A DNA stretch of 47,688 nucleotides, taken from positions 1 through 47,688 of the IMG/VR virus record IMGVR_UViG_3300012940_000009; one strand, written 5' to 3'. Below are positions 16,671 to 26,377 of the stretch, piece after piece (position 1 is the first letter of the stretch; every line of letters starts with the position of its first letter). A program made the translations under genes and the position numbers. Below the pieces are notes generated by a model that worked only from the letters and a program-made list of their open reading frames with translations, was not told the DNA's origin and ran no database searches. Source of the stretch: a virus (taxonomy: Duplodnaviria > Caudoviricetes).

Positions 16671-17348
16671 ATGCTCGGCTTCGACGCCCTTGCCAAACTG
16701 CCCCTTGCGTCTCTGCCGCAGGATCAGGGCCAAACCCTTCAGCCTGATCTCTATGTAGACGCTGATACCTTTTATTCCGCGACGGTCGTTCCTGGGGCTG
16801 TCACGCTATCCCCGGCGCTCTACAGCGACCCGGACACGTTCTACGGGCCGACGATCACTCAGGTGGTCTTCCCCGACCTGTTTACCGATGGCGACACGTT
16901 CTTCTCGCCTCAGGTAAACCAGACGATATTCCCCGCGCTCTTTACCGACGCGGATGTGTTTTACAGCCCGACCGTTGTTCCGGGCACCGTTACGCTTCTC
17001 CCCGATCTGTTTACGGACGGGGACACATTCTACAGCCCGACGCTGACGATCTCGATCAGCCCGCCGGTGTTTGTCGATCAGGACATCTTCTTCCCGCCGT
17101 TCGTCGGATTGGGAACGCCGCCGGAAGCCTTTCCGGACAATATCTGCATGGTCTCTGGCTTCAAGATGCCCCCCGGCAAACTGGCACGGCAATGGAACGG
17201 CATCTGGGCGCGTCATGACGACTTCGACTACAGGCATCCTCAGGAGCTTGTAAGGCCGATCAGGGACCGTATGGGCGTTCCCATCCCCCGACCCGAGGCG
17301 GAAGACACCTTTATCTCTGCCGGCGACGTGACGGCCGCTGATCTCTAA
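16671..17348 (+). CDS. Repeat-containing fibre adaptor with a C-terminal RHPQ domain (copy 2)
   Basis: MLGFDALAKLPLASLP leader; six P-x-(L/V)-(Y/F)-x-D-x-D-x-F-(Y/F) repeats; C-terminus similar to 12982-13233. Confidence 0.7.
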   Translation: MLGFDALAKLPLASLPQDQGQTLQPDLYVDADTFYSATVVPGAVTLSPALYSDPDTFYGPTITQVVFPDLFTDGDTFFSPQVNQTIFPALFTDADVFYSPTVVPGTVTLLPDLFTDGDTFYSPTLTISISPPVFVDQDIFFPPFVGLGTPPEAFPDNICMVSGFKMPPGKLARQWNGIWARHDDFDYRHPQELVRPIRDRMGVPIPRPEAEDTFISAGDVTAADL

Positions 17349-17364
17349 ATTCTGGAGCATGTGA

Positions 17365-18045
17365 ATGAGCACGTCCGGTGTAGATACCTACGCCTTCACG
17401 GCGCGCAACTGCATCACCTTTGCCTTGAGGAAACTCGGCATCGTGGCGCAAACCGCGACTCCGACAGCGACACAGGCACAGAACGCGCTTGTCGATCTCA
17501 ATCTCATGCTCAAGGCATGGATGAAATACGAGAACCTGTGGCGGCTGGAGCAGGAAAGCGTCACTCCCATTGCCAATACCGCATCCTACACACTCACAAG
17601 CCAGAAGCCCCATCGGGTGATCTCCGCCAGATGGCGCAACACCTCGGGCACCGATCAGCCGATGACGCTGATGACGCGGGAGGAATATTTCGATCTTCCG
17701 GTCAAGACAGCGACCGGGCTCCCCACGATGTATTACGTCGATTATCAGCGTTCCGTCCCGGTTCTCTACATCTGGCCGGTGCCGTCCAGTGTCACCACGG
17801 AGACGATCCAGCTTACATCCACGCGCCGCTTCGAGGATGTGACCTCGCTTGATGAAGACATCGACATCCGGCAGGAGCATTTCGAGGGCGTTGCCTACAA
17901 CCTCGCCAAGCGCCTTGGGATCGATGCGGGCAGGGTCGGGACCGAACGTTACAGCGCGGTCGTGGAATTCGCTGAGAAGTGGCGTGAGGAATTCCTTGAC
18001 GAAGACCGCGAGGACGAAATCCGCTTTGTTGTGGGTTATGATTAA
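17365..18045 (+). CDS. Head-tail adaptor (P22 gp4-like)
   Basis: ALRKLGIV...ALVDLNLMLKAW, LYIWPVPS, VAYNLAKRL; position before the gp10-like gene. Confidence 0.75.
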   Translation: MSTSGVDTYAFTARNCITFALRKLGIVAQTATPTATQAQNALVDLNLMLKAWMKYENLWRLEQESVTPIANTASYTLTSQKPHRVISARWRNTSGTDQPMTLMTREEYFDLPVKTATGLPTMYYVDYQRSVPVLYIWPVPSSVTTETIQLTSTRRFEDVTSLDEDIDIRQEHFEGVAYNLAKRLGIDAGRVGTERYSAVVEFAEKWREEFLDEDREDEIRFVVGYD

Positions 18046-19460
18046 TGGGAACGATCGTTCCTATCGACCTCGGCGTTCAATCGGCGCCGGGACGCTTCGG
18101 GCCTGATTCCGGAGCGCGGCTCATCAACTGTTACGCGGAAAAGGCGGACGAGAAATCGCGTCTGCTCTATCCGATCTATCCTTTTGAAGGCTTTGAGCAG
18201 TTCGCCGTATTGACCGGCGGAGAGCATATGCGGGGAGCCATTTCGCTCGGGACATATGGCTACGTCGTTTCCGGCCCGCTTGTGTTCAAGGTGGATCTTG
18301 GCGGACAGGTCACGATCATCGGCAACTTCCCTGGCTCCGGTCAGGTGTTCATGGCGCGGAACCGCAAGGCCACGCCGCAGATAGCGCTTTGCTCCGAAGG
18401 CCAGCGGTACATCATCGAAAGCGATGTGCTGACGAGCATCGCGGATAACGATCTGGGAGCGGCAATTTCGGTCTGCTATCAGGGCGGGCGCTTTGTCTGG
18501 GGTCTTCCCGATGGGCGGTATCAATGGTCAGCGATTGATGAAGGCACGACCTACGACGCGCTGGATTTCGCAACGGCGGAAGCGCGAGGCGACGGGCTTC
18601 AGGCGGTCTATTCCCGAGGCTCTGAAGTCATCCTGTTCGGCACGGAAAGCATCGAGTTTCACGCGGTAACGACGGACGCGGATGCGCCGTATGCTCCCGT
18701 GGCGGGAGCTACGCTTCACGGCATGGGGCTGATGTGCAGGCATTCGGTGCGGGATTTGAACGATGTCCCGATCTGCGTCACTTCAGACGGCACGGTTCGC
18801 ATCTTCAACGGCTATTCGCCTGAGAGGATTTCCACGCATGACGTGGAGCGCGCCATCGACAGCATCGCGGACAAGGATTCGATTGTAGCCACAGCCTACC
18901 CCTCGCTCGGCAACCAGTTCTATCAGATTTCCTGCCCGGAATGGACGTGGAGTTACAACGCACTCACCCAGACATGGACAGAACGCAAATCCTATGAACT
19001 CGACCGCTGGCGGGGCGAGCATTACCTGAAGCTCGGAGAAAACCGCGTCATCGGGGATTACGCGACCGGAAAACTCTATCGCATGGACCCCGATCTGTAC
19101 GACGAGGCAGGCGCGCATCTTGTCATGACGCTCCGCACGCCGCCGACGCACAAATACCCGAATCCGATAGGCGTTGACCGGCTGTTTGTCGATGTCATTC
19201 CCGGCGTCGGGCTGAATTCATCGGATAGCGCCCTGAGCGACCCCGAGGTGATGTTGAGAACCTCGATCGACTCCGGCAAGTCATGGTCGAACCAAATGTC
19301 CGCGCCGGTGGGGGCGCAAGGAGCATTCAAAACCCGCGTCGTCTTCGAAGGGCTGGGCCAGTCGGAAGAGGACGGCATGATCTTCGAGGTGAGCATGTCG
19401 GCGGCTGTTGCGCGAGGAATTACCGGCATGGCGGCTGACGTGGAAGTTCTGGAAGCCTGA
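18045..19460 (+). CDS. Packaged-DNA stabilisation / tail hub protein (P22 gp10-like)
   Basis: 471 aa; ALDFATAEARGD, ERISTHDVERAI, DPEVMLRTSIDSGKSWSN motifs. Confidence 0.82.
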   Translation: MGTIVPIDLGVQSAPGRFGPDSGARLINCYAEKADEKSRLLYPIYPFEGFEQFAVLTGGEHMRGAISLGTYGYVVSGPLVFKVDLGGQVTIIGNFPGSGQVFMARNRKATPQIALCSEGQRYIIESDVLTSIADNDLGAAISVCYQGGRFVWGLPDGRYQWSAIDEGTTYDALDFATAEARGDGLQAVYSRGSEVILFGTESIEFHAVTTDADAPYAPVAGATLHGMGLMCRHSVRDLNDVPICVTSDGTVRIFNGYSPERISTHDVERAIDSIADKDSIVATAYPSLGNQFYQISCPEWTWSYNALTQTWTERKSYELDRWRGEHYLKLGENRVIGDYATGKLYRMDPDLYDEAGAHLVMTLRTPPTHKYPNPIGVDRLFVDVIPGVGLNSSDSALSDPEVMLRTSIDSGKSWSNQMSAPVGAQGAFKTRVVFEGLGQSEEDGMIFEVSMSAAVARGITGMAADVEVLEA

Positions 19461-19461
19461 C

Positions 19462-20019
19462 ATGGCCGATGACAAGATTCCGCAAGCGCAGGCACCGGTT
19501 CTCGATGCCAACGGCAAGTTCACCATGGCCTGGTTCCGGTTTCTGGCGTCTCTCGACAGCATCAGAAAGGCAATTTCGGATGGTGTAGGCGCGGCGCTTC
19601 TGAAGGCGCAAAATCTGGCCGATGTAGCGGATGCCGCTACGGCCTTCGGAAACATCAAGCAGAGTGCGAGCGGAGCGACGACGGGGGTTGTAAAACAGAC
19701 CCAGCCAGACTTCATCTCGGTCTTCGTCCCGAAGGTTGTCAACGGCGATATCGTTCTCTCTCAGAAGCTGCCCTACGGAGTTACGATCACTTCCAGCGTG
19801 ACGGATTGCGGTTCTGGAACATGCTCGGTCCGCCTCAAACTTGACGGATCGAATGTCGGTTCGACGGCAAACAGCGTGTCAACGTCGGAGCAGGAACAAA
19901 CGCATTCGACCGCCAATACGGGCTCATCTGGACAGACATTGGTTGCGACAGTTTCGAGCAATTCATCGTGCCTGAATATGGCGCTGCAAGTGAATCTGAC
20001 GTGGAATCTGGCGGCCTAA
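19462..20019 (+). CDS. Tail needle/tip-like protein (gp26 position)
   Basis: IPQAQAPVLDANGKFTMAWFRFL N-terminus, short coiled coil, beta-rich C-terminus; follows the gp10-like gene. Confidence 0.55.
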   Translation: MADDKIPQAQAPVLDANGKFTMAWFRFLASLDSIRKAISDGVGAALLKAQNLADVADAATAFGNIKQSASGATTGVVKQTQPDFISVFVPKVVNGDIVLSQKLPYGVTITSSVTDCGSGTCSVRLKLDGSNVGSTANSVSTSEQEQTHSTANTGSSGQTLVATVSSNSSCLNMALQVNLTWNLAA

Positions 20020-20646
20020 ATGCCGACCCATATCTATATCGGCGGCGGGGTGAGCGAGCTGACGTTTGTTGCGAGCGCGGCGGCGGTTTCACAGTTTGTG
20101 CCGAAGCCGACAGGGATTCAGGAGGGCGATCTTCTTGCGGTATTTGAATGGATGAGCCCTGTGACCACGCCGGTAGTGCCATCCGGCTTCGCGTCTATAG
20201 AAGACACGGGCGTATTTTCCATCAATGTTCACAGCATGCTGAAAGTCGTGGACGCGTCCGATGTGGCCAATTCGATAGAAGGGACAAACGCCACCGTGGA
20301 TCGCAAGCTGTCTTTTCTATTCCGCCCGAACGACGCCATAGAAACGGTTTCGGTGGCTGATAAATCTGAACAAGCCGTGTCTTCAGGGGCGGTCTCCGAT
20401 CAGGCGGTTCTTGCCGCTTCCCGATCGACTCCAGTACTGGTGTTCGGTGCTGCCGGGCAGGTCGCGGCATCGCCTCCCGTAGCCGTGTCGTCAAGTCCGC
20501 CGTTCGATCTCGTCGAGGTAGTTGCGGGGCAGCTCGCCGCCGGCTTCAAGCTTTACAATTCAGCACCCGCAGACCACGCCAACAGCGCGGTGCATTTTGG
20601 CGGCGTTCAATACGTCTTCCAATCCTTCTCCATCTCCGTCTCCTGA
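20020..20646 (+). CDS. Hypothetical tail-tip protein
   Basis: Abuts the upstream stop; KPTGIQEGDLLAVF beta-sandwich-like motif. Confidence 0.6.
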   Translation: MPTHIYIGGGVSELTFVASAAAVSQFVPKPTGIQEGDLLAVFEWMSPVTTPVVPSGFASIEDTGVFSINVHSMLKVVDASDVANSIEGTNATVDRKLSFLFRPNDAIETVSVADKSEQAVSSGAVSDQAVLAASRSTPVLVFGAAGQVAASPPVAVSSSPPFDLVEVVAGQLAAGFKLYNSAPADHANSAVHFGGVQYVFQSFSISVS

Positions 20647-20660
20647 CAGGACGTAAGCAC

Positions 20661-21401
20661 ATGGGATTCTTCTCAAGCCTCCTCGGCAAGGACCAGGCGA
20701 AGGCCGCAAAACGCGCCGCCGGTATTGTCAGCAAGGCAGAAACCGAGAACAAGGCAAGGGCTATCGAGACGGAAGGGCTTGGCCTTGCCGATCTCGACTC
20801 CGCTCTTGGCTCGGCTCTCGGTGAATATGAAGCTGGGCAGGCGGGCGCTACAGAAGCGCTCCAGCCTTATGCCGATACGGGGGCGCAATCTCTCTCCGTC
20901 CAGGCCGATCTCATGGGGCTCAACGGCCCGGAGGCGCAGGCTGCGGCTCAGTCGCGCTTTCAAGCCGATCCCGGCTATCAGTTCCGGCTCTCGCAGGGCG
21001 TCGGCGCTCTCGATCAATCGGCAACGGCGCGCGGTGGGCTGTACTCGGGCGCGGCCATGAAAGCCCTGACGAAATACGGGCAGGACATGGGCTCGCAGGA
21101 ATACGGAAACTATTACAACAAGCTGAGCGACCTGTCGGGGCGCGGTCAGGATGCGGCGACGAACATCTCGTCCACGCTGTCCAATTTCGCGAACCAGAAG
21201 GCGAGCGCATTGCTGGGTGCGGGGCAGAACAAGGCGACATATCGCGCCAACATGCTTCCGCAGATCACTGGCGCTAATACGGGAGCGGCGACGGCCACGG
21301 CAACCGGCCTGAAACAGGCTGCTGATGCGAAGGCGGCGGGCGCTGGCAACCTTCTCAGCGGCATAACGGGCATCGGCAAAATGCTTTCGGGGTGGGCGTA
21401 A
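20661..21401 (+). CDS. DNA ejection/transfer protein (gp7-like)
   Basis: Ala/Gly-rich; FQADPGYQFRLSQG...ATARGGLYSGAAMKAL...SQEYGNY motif. Confidence 0.8.
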   Translation: MGFFSSLLGKDQAKAAKRAAGIVSKAETENKARAIETEGLGLADLDSALGSALGEYEAGQAGATEALQPYADTGAQSLSVQADLMGLNGPEAQAAAQSRFQADPGYQFRLSQGVGALDQSATARGGLYSGAAMKALTKYGQDMGSQEYGNYYNKLSDLSGRGQDAATNISSTLSNFANQKASALLGAGQNKATYRANMLPQITGANTGAATATATGLKQAADAKAAGAGNLLSGITGIGKMLSGWA

Positions 21402-22480
21402 TGGCAGCTTATAACGGATGGATGGGGGACTACAATGTCCCCAACATTGCCCCGCAGCTTTCGCAGCTTGCCGAGGCGTCGGATACCGTTCGCACGAACA
21501 TGCAGAACCGCGCCGTTGGCGAAGCGGCGGCGACGGGCAAGCTTTCGGATGCGGCGAACGTCGCGTTCAAGCAGGGCAACGTAAAGACGGGACTTGCGAT
21601 CAAGGATTTGGACGATGATCGCCGCATGAAGGTCGGCAAGATCATTGGACAAGCCGCGCTGAACGCCGACACGCCCGAGAAGTGGGCGCAGCTTCAGGCG
21701 TCGGTCGCAAAACGGTTCCCCGGCGAAGAACTGGAGCCGTTTGAAGAGCGCGAAGGCCTCGTTTCAATGTACCGCGATTATTACAAGGAGCGGGACGACG
21801 CCCGGGCTGATGCCGCCGCTGCGCGCGCGGAACGTAATGCCGGGATGAAGGCACCTTCGATCACCGAACTCTATGATGAACAGACCGGCCAGCCATACAA
21901 GGCCGTCTTCAATCCGCAGACGGGCGGCTTCGATCGCGTAGGGGGCATCAAGGCACCCTCTGGAACGCAGCTTTCTGTCGGGCCGAACGGCGAGGTGCAG
22001 TTCGTGCAGGGCAGCGGGATGAAGCCTCTGACGGAAGGGCAGTCAAAGGACACGGTTTTCGTGACCCGCGCGGCTGGCGCTCTCCCTAAGATCGACGAAC
22101 TCGGCGATGAGCTGACCAGCGCGCCGCAAAACATGGCGAGCGGTCTGCCGTTCGGCAACTACGCCAAGACGGCCAAATTCCAGCAGGCAGAACAGGCGGG
22201 CAAGGAATTCCTCCAAGCTATCCTCCGCAAGGATACCGGGGCCGCCATTACAGCAGAAGAAACGGCGGAATACGGTTCCGTGTATCTCCCGCGCCCCGGC
22301 GATAGCCCCGAGGTTCTGGCTCAGAAACAGGAAAGCCGCCGCCGCGCCGTCAAGGCGATCGAGATTGGCCTTCCGCCGCAAGCCATCCTTCAGATGGAAA
22401 AGAACGGTGTGAAGCTGCCCGGCAGTGAAACGCAGGGGCGCAAAACCAAATCCGGCGTTTCCTACACGGTGGAGCCCTGA
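21401..22480 (+). CDS. DNA ejection protein (gp20-like position)
   Basis: TAATG coupling; KPLTEGQSK...FLQAILRKDTGAAITAEE...YLPRPGDS. Confidence 0.7.
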   Translation: MAAYNGWMGDYNVPNIAPQLSQLAEASDTVRTNMQNRAVGEAAATGKLSDAANVAFKQGNVKTGLAIKDLDDDRRMKVGKIIGQAALNADTPEKWAQLQASVAKRFPGEELEPFEEREGLVSMYRDYYKERDDARADAAAARAERNAGMKAPSITELYDEQTGQPYKAVFNPQTGGFDRVGGIKAPSGTQLSVGPNGEVQFVQGSGMKPLTEGQSKDTVFVTRAAGALPKIDELGDELTSAPQNMASGLPFGNYAKTAKFQQAEQAGKEFLQAILRKDTGAAITAEETAEYGSVYLPRPGDSPEVLAQKQESRRRAVKAIEIGLPPQAILQMEKNGVKLPGSETQGRKTKSGVSYTVEP

Positions 22481-24561
22481 TGCCCACACTCAACATCAAC
22501 GGCAAGCGCGTGAAGGTGGACGACAGCTTTCTGTCGCTTTCACCTGAGGAGCAGGACGCCACGGTTGACGAGATTGCCGCTTCGATCGGTGCCCCCGCTG
22601 AGGCCGCGCCAGCCGCTGAAGAGGCCGCCGGGCTGTCGCCTGACAATCCGCTCGTTCAGGCCAATGCTGGCTTTAACGAAGGACTTGTTTCGGTACTGGG
22701 CGCGCCCGTCGATCTTGTGAACAAGGGCCTTGGCCTGATCTCTGGCGGCGCGCTTGAAAGCGAACGACCGTTCCTCGGCTCGGAAATGATTGGCGACACG
22801 CTTGGGGCTGTGATCGGTGAAGCCCCGGCGCCGAGCGAAGAGGGTATCAATCCCGCGCTCCGCCGCATAGGGCAGGAGGTCGGCGCGACGGTTGTCCCCG
22901 GAGGCGCTGTTCTGAAAGCCGGGGCGATGGGGGCTAAATCCACGCTCCCGGTCGTGGGGGACATTTTGAAGGGCGCAAGAGCGGCCCCAGGCACGTTTGC
23001 CGCCACTGAGGCCGGCAGCGCGCTCGCGAGCGGTACAGGCGCGGCGGTTGCCAATGAAGTCGCGCCGGATAGCCCGCTAGCGGAATTCACCGGCCAGGTC
23101 GTCGGCGCGGGGCTTCCTGGGGTTATTGCTGGCGCTACCCGCGCGATGGTGCCCGGCCGGGCGAATATCGCGGATACAGTCAAGACATTTGAAAGCGCTG
23201 GCTCCACGCCATCCCTAGGCCAGGCGACGGGATCGCGGCTTATTCAGGCTCTGGAGACGGGAACAGGCTCACTGCCCGGCGGCGCGGGCGTCATGGCCAA
23301 GTTCTCGGGCCGCCAGCAGCAAGAGATCGGCAAGAGGGTCAACCTTCTGGCCGCTCGCCTTGCGGAGAATTCCTCGCCCGCCAAGGCCGGCAAGGCGATC
23401 AAGAAGGGCCTTGTCGGTTCAGATGGCTTCATGGAGCGCTTCCGCAGGGATTCCGCGCGGATGTTCGATCAGATCGGGCTTGATGGCCAGCCTGTCGCGA
23501 CCAACAACACGGCCCAGGTTCTCGCGAACATGACGGCCGCCGTTCCAGGGGCCGAACAGATCGGTGAAGCATTGCTCTCTCCGGGCGTCAGGAGAATCGC
23601 TGACGCCTTTCTCGCGGATGCGGTGGAGAGCGGCGGGGCCATGCCCTACGACGCCCTGAAGCGCCTCCGTACTCGCCTAGGCGAGATGGCATTTAGCCCT
23701 GACATGCTGACGGACACGAACCGTGGCGCGCTCAAGACGATCTACAAGGCGCTGACGAGCGATATGGAGGCTGCGGCGAAAGCGGCTGGCCCCGATACCG
23801 CCCGCGCCTTCCAGCGCGCCAATACCTTCTACAAGGAAAAGGCCGACATTATCGACGACTATCTCGATAGCGTGTCGAAGAAGGCCGCGCCCGAAGACGT
23901 GTTCAAATGGGCGATGCAGGGCCGGGACGGGGCCTCGCGCATCGGCGCGGTCCGCAACAGCCTGAAGCCGCCGGAATGGCGCATCGCCGTCTCGGCCTTC
24001 ATGAAGCGTCTCGGCCACGCCAAAAGCAGTTCGCAGGATGATTTGGGCGACGTGTTCTCGACCGAAACCTTCCTGACCAACTGGAACAATCTCGACACAT
24101 CCGCGAAGGACGCGCTGTTCCGTGGCGTCGATGAGTTCAAATCGCTCCGCAAGGATCTGGATACGGTCGCGGCGGCCACTTCGAGAATCCGGGAAGGCTC
24201 CACGGTCTTGCAGAACCCGAGCGGAACAGCGCCTCGTATTCTCAATGTTGGCGGTTCGCTGGCGAGCATGGGCGGCGGCGTTGCTCTCGCGTCAGGAGGG
24301 GCTTTCCCCGTTCTGAGTGCCGCGCTTCTTGCCGGCCCGGGGCTTAATAACGCCGTGGCGCGCATGCTGACGCACCCGAAGGTGGTCAGCTGGTTCGCGC
24401 GCTCGACCAAGATGAATGAGCTTCACATTCCGTCGCTGTTGGTTCGCTTGGAACAGATTGCCAAGGAAGAGCCGGAAATGAAGGAGCCAATTCGGCAGTA
24501 CGTCGAAACCCTTAAGTCCGGCTTTGTTGACGCGCCGCCGTCAGAAGAGCCGCGCGAATAA
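22480..24561 (+). CDS. Large DNA ejection protein (gp16-like position)
   Basis: 693 aa, helical and Ala/Gly-rich with hydrophobic segments; last of three coupled ejection genes. Confidence 0.7.
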   Translation: MPTLNINGKRVKVDDSFLSLSPEEQDATVDEIAASIGAPAEAAPAAEEAAGLSPDNPLVQANAGFNEGLVSVLGAPVDLVNKGLGLISGGALESERPFLGSEMIGDTLGAVIGEAPAPSEEGINPALRRIGQEVGATVVPGGAVLKAGAMGAKSTLPVVGDILKGARAAPGTFAATEAGSALASGTGAAVANEVAPDSPLAEFTGQVVGAGLPGVIAGATRAMVPGRANIADTVKTFESAGSTPSLGQATGSRLIQALETGTGSLPGGAGVMAKFSGRQQQEIGKRVNLLAARLAENSSPAKAGKAIKKGLVGSDGFMERFRRDSARMFDQIGLDGQPVATNNTAQVLANMTAAVPGAEQIGEALLSPGVRRIADAFLADAVESGGAMPYDALKRLRTRLGEMAFSPDMLTDTNRGALKTIYKALTSDMEAAAKAAGPDTARAFQRANTFYKEKADIIDDYLDSVSKKAAPEDVFKWAMQGRDGASRIGAVRNSLKPPEWRIAVSAFMKRLGHAKSSSQDDLGDVFSTETFLTNWNNLDTSAKDALFRGVDEFKSLRKDLDTVAAATSRIREGSTVLQNPSGTAPRILNVGGSLASMGGGVALASGGAFPVLSAALLAGPGLNNAVARMLTHPKVVSWFARSTKMNELHIPSLLVRLEQIAKEEPEMKEPIRQYVETLKSGFVDAPPSEEPRE

Positions 24562-24702
24562 CCAGACACCAATCTCGCTGGCTGCTCCGATGATCAGAAT
24601 AGGGATCAGGATCAGCGCGCCAATACCGAGATAGCCGATCAAGGGCAGCATCGGTTCCGGCTCGTATGGCGGCGGCCCGTACTTCGGCAGATCAAACTTC
24701 AT
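24541..24702 (-). CDS. 53-aa membrane protein, candidate superinfection exclusion protein
   Basis: MKFDLPKYGPPPYEPEPMLPLIGYLGIGALILIPILIIGAASEIGVWLFARLF; AGAGAGGG RBS; putative TTGATT-N18-TAGACT promoter. Confidence 0.6.
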   Translation of the reverse strand: MKFDLPKYGPPPYEPEPMLPLIGYLGIGALILIPILIIGAASEIGVWLFARLF

Positions 24703-24762
24703 CTGAGAACCCTCTCTAGGCCGCACCTTCCGCGAGTCTAGCCCCTCGATTCCTCGCAAATC

Positions 24763-24784
24763 AAGCCGCCCCCGGGCGGTTTTC
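24763..24784 (+). terminator. Short GC hairpin, terminator-like
   Basis: GCCGCC-CCCG-GGCGGT followed by TTT, before the tail-fibre RBS. Confidence 0.45.
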
Positions 24785-24799
24785 GCATTGGAGCCTTAA

Positions 24800-26338
24800 A
24801 TGGCATTTCTGGCATTCGATACGGGCCGCCCGTTCTTCGACAACAACGGCAATCTGCTCGTCGGCGGCAAGCTCCGTATCTACGACGCGACCACGACCAG
24901 CTATAAAACCGTCTATCAGGACGCGGCTGAGACGACGCCCCTTGCGAACAATGCCGGGACGCAGATCACGTTCGACTCGTCCGGCAGGCTGGAGCAGCCG
25001 GTTTATGTGGGCTCCGGGGCATGGAAGTTCACGCTGGAAACGGCGGCTGGCGTTGTTTTCGTCACGCAGGACAACATCCCCGGCGAAACTGTCCTGACGA
25101 CCAGCACATTCGCCCGGCCCAACATGCCGGTCCTGTCGAAGTCTCTGTCCTACACCGTGCTTCAGGATGACATCGGATCGATGATCCAGGCTGATCCTAC
25201 CGGCGGCGATGTGACGATCACGCTGATTTCGGCAGTGACGGCCGGAAACGGCGCGCAGATCGGCGTGCAGCATGTCGGAACGGCAGGAAAGGTCATTGTC
25301 GCGGTTCCCGGCGGCGAAACGGTCAACGGGGCCTCGACGGTTACGATCCGTGTTCCACGAGCCGGCGCTATATTCACATCGAATGCAGGCGTCTGGTCCG
25401 GGCCTGTCACGAGCGCGCCCTTCGCCACTCTTTCCAAGACCACGACCTACACCGTTGGCGTCGTCGATCACGGGAAGACGATCCTGGCCGACGCTACGGG
25501 GGGTGCATTTACGATCACGCTCCCGGCCGCTTCGGACGCTGGAGACGGCTTCGAAATTACCATTATCAAGACGGATGCTTCGGCTAATGCCGTGACCGTT
25601 GACGGAGACGGCTCGGAAACAATCAACGGCGCAGCCAATCACGCGCTGAGCCTTCGGTGGCAATCGGCAACGCTGCGCTGCGATGGATCGAATTGGCAGA
25701 TCAAGGAGCGGTTCATTACCGATCTTCCTAATTCGGAGCTCGCCTCAATGGCGCAGAACCGGATCAAGGGCAGGGCGTCATCCGGCTCCGGAGATCCTGA
25801 AGACCTGACGCCGGCCAACGCGCGAACCGTGATAGCGTCGGACCAGACCCCTACCGGGAAAGTGTTGAATGACGCCGGCAGCTTTGTCTACGGAACAGTC
25901 GTGCAGAGGGTATACGCCAGCACGGCATCCGTAATCACTGTGGATTCGACCTTCCCATTGGATAATACCATCCCGCAGAGTAACGAAGGCGTCGAAGTGC
26001 TTACAGCTTCGATCACACCGAAGGTGTCGAGCCATCGAGTGCGAGTGCGCTTCTCCGGATTCGGAACTAGGCAAAACAACGGTGTGTTGGCCGCGGCTCT
26101 TTTTCGCGACAACGGGGCCGATGCAATACAAGTCAATGCTGTAAACGTGCTGGGCAGCAGCGCTGAAGCGTTCGTCACGCTCGATTTCGAGCACTCGCCT
26201 GCGACAACGTCGTCAACGACATACAAGATCCGCCTAAGCAGCTCGGCCAACTTTTACCTCAACGGCAACAACAGCGGCACCCGTCTTTACGGTGGTGCGG
26301 CTTCGGCTGTTCTGATTCTTGAAGAGATCGCGGCGTAA
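24800..26338 (+). CDS. Tail fibre/spike with a P22-type virion-binding N-terminus
   Basis: FFDNNGNLLVGGKLRIYDATTTSYKTVYQD anchor; two tandem ~95-aa repeats (YTV...D.G..I.AD.TGG..TITL..A..AG.G...ET(V/I)NGA). Confidence 0.8.
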   Translation: MAFLAFDTGRPFFDNNGNLLVGGKLRIYDATTTSYKTVYQDAAETTPLANNAGTQITFDSSGRLEQPVYVGSGAWKFTLETAAGVVFVTQDNIPGETVLTTSTFARPNMPVLSKSLSYTVLQDDIGSMIQADPTGGDVTITLISAVTAGNGAQIGVQHVGTAGKVIVAVPGGETVNGASTVTIRVPRAGAIFTSNAGVWSGPVTSAPFATLSKTTTYTVGVVDHGKTILADATGGAFTITLPAASDAGDGFEITIIKTDASANAVTVDGDGSETINGAANHALSLRWQSATLRCDGSNWQIKERFITDLPNSELASMAQNRIKGRASSGSGDPEDLTPANARTVIASDQTPTGKVLNDAGSFVYGTVVQRVYASTASVITVDSTFPLDNTIPQSNEGVEVLTASITPKVSSHRVRVRFSGFGTRQNNGVLAAALFRDNGADAIQVNAVNVLGSSAEAFVTLDFEHSPATTSSTTYKIRLSSSANFYLNGNNSGTRLYGGAASAVLILEEIAA

Positions 26339-26377
26339 CCGCCTGACTCACTAATTCCAAACACATCGGAGACGTGA

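Noticed and set aside
16730-17100. CRISPR array or DGR template/variable repeats
   Set aside because: The repeats are degenerate, in-frame protein repeats without unique spacers or adenine-specific differences, and no cas or reverse transcriptase gene is present in the genome.
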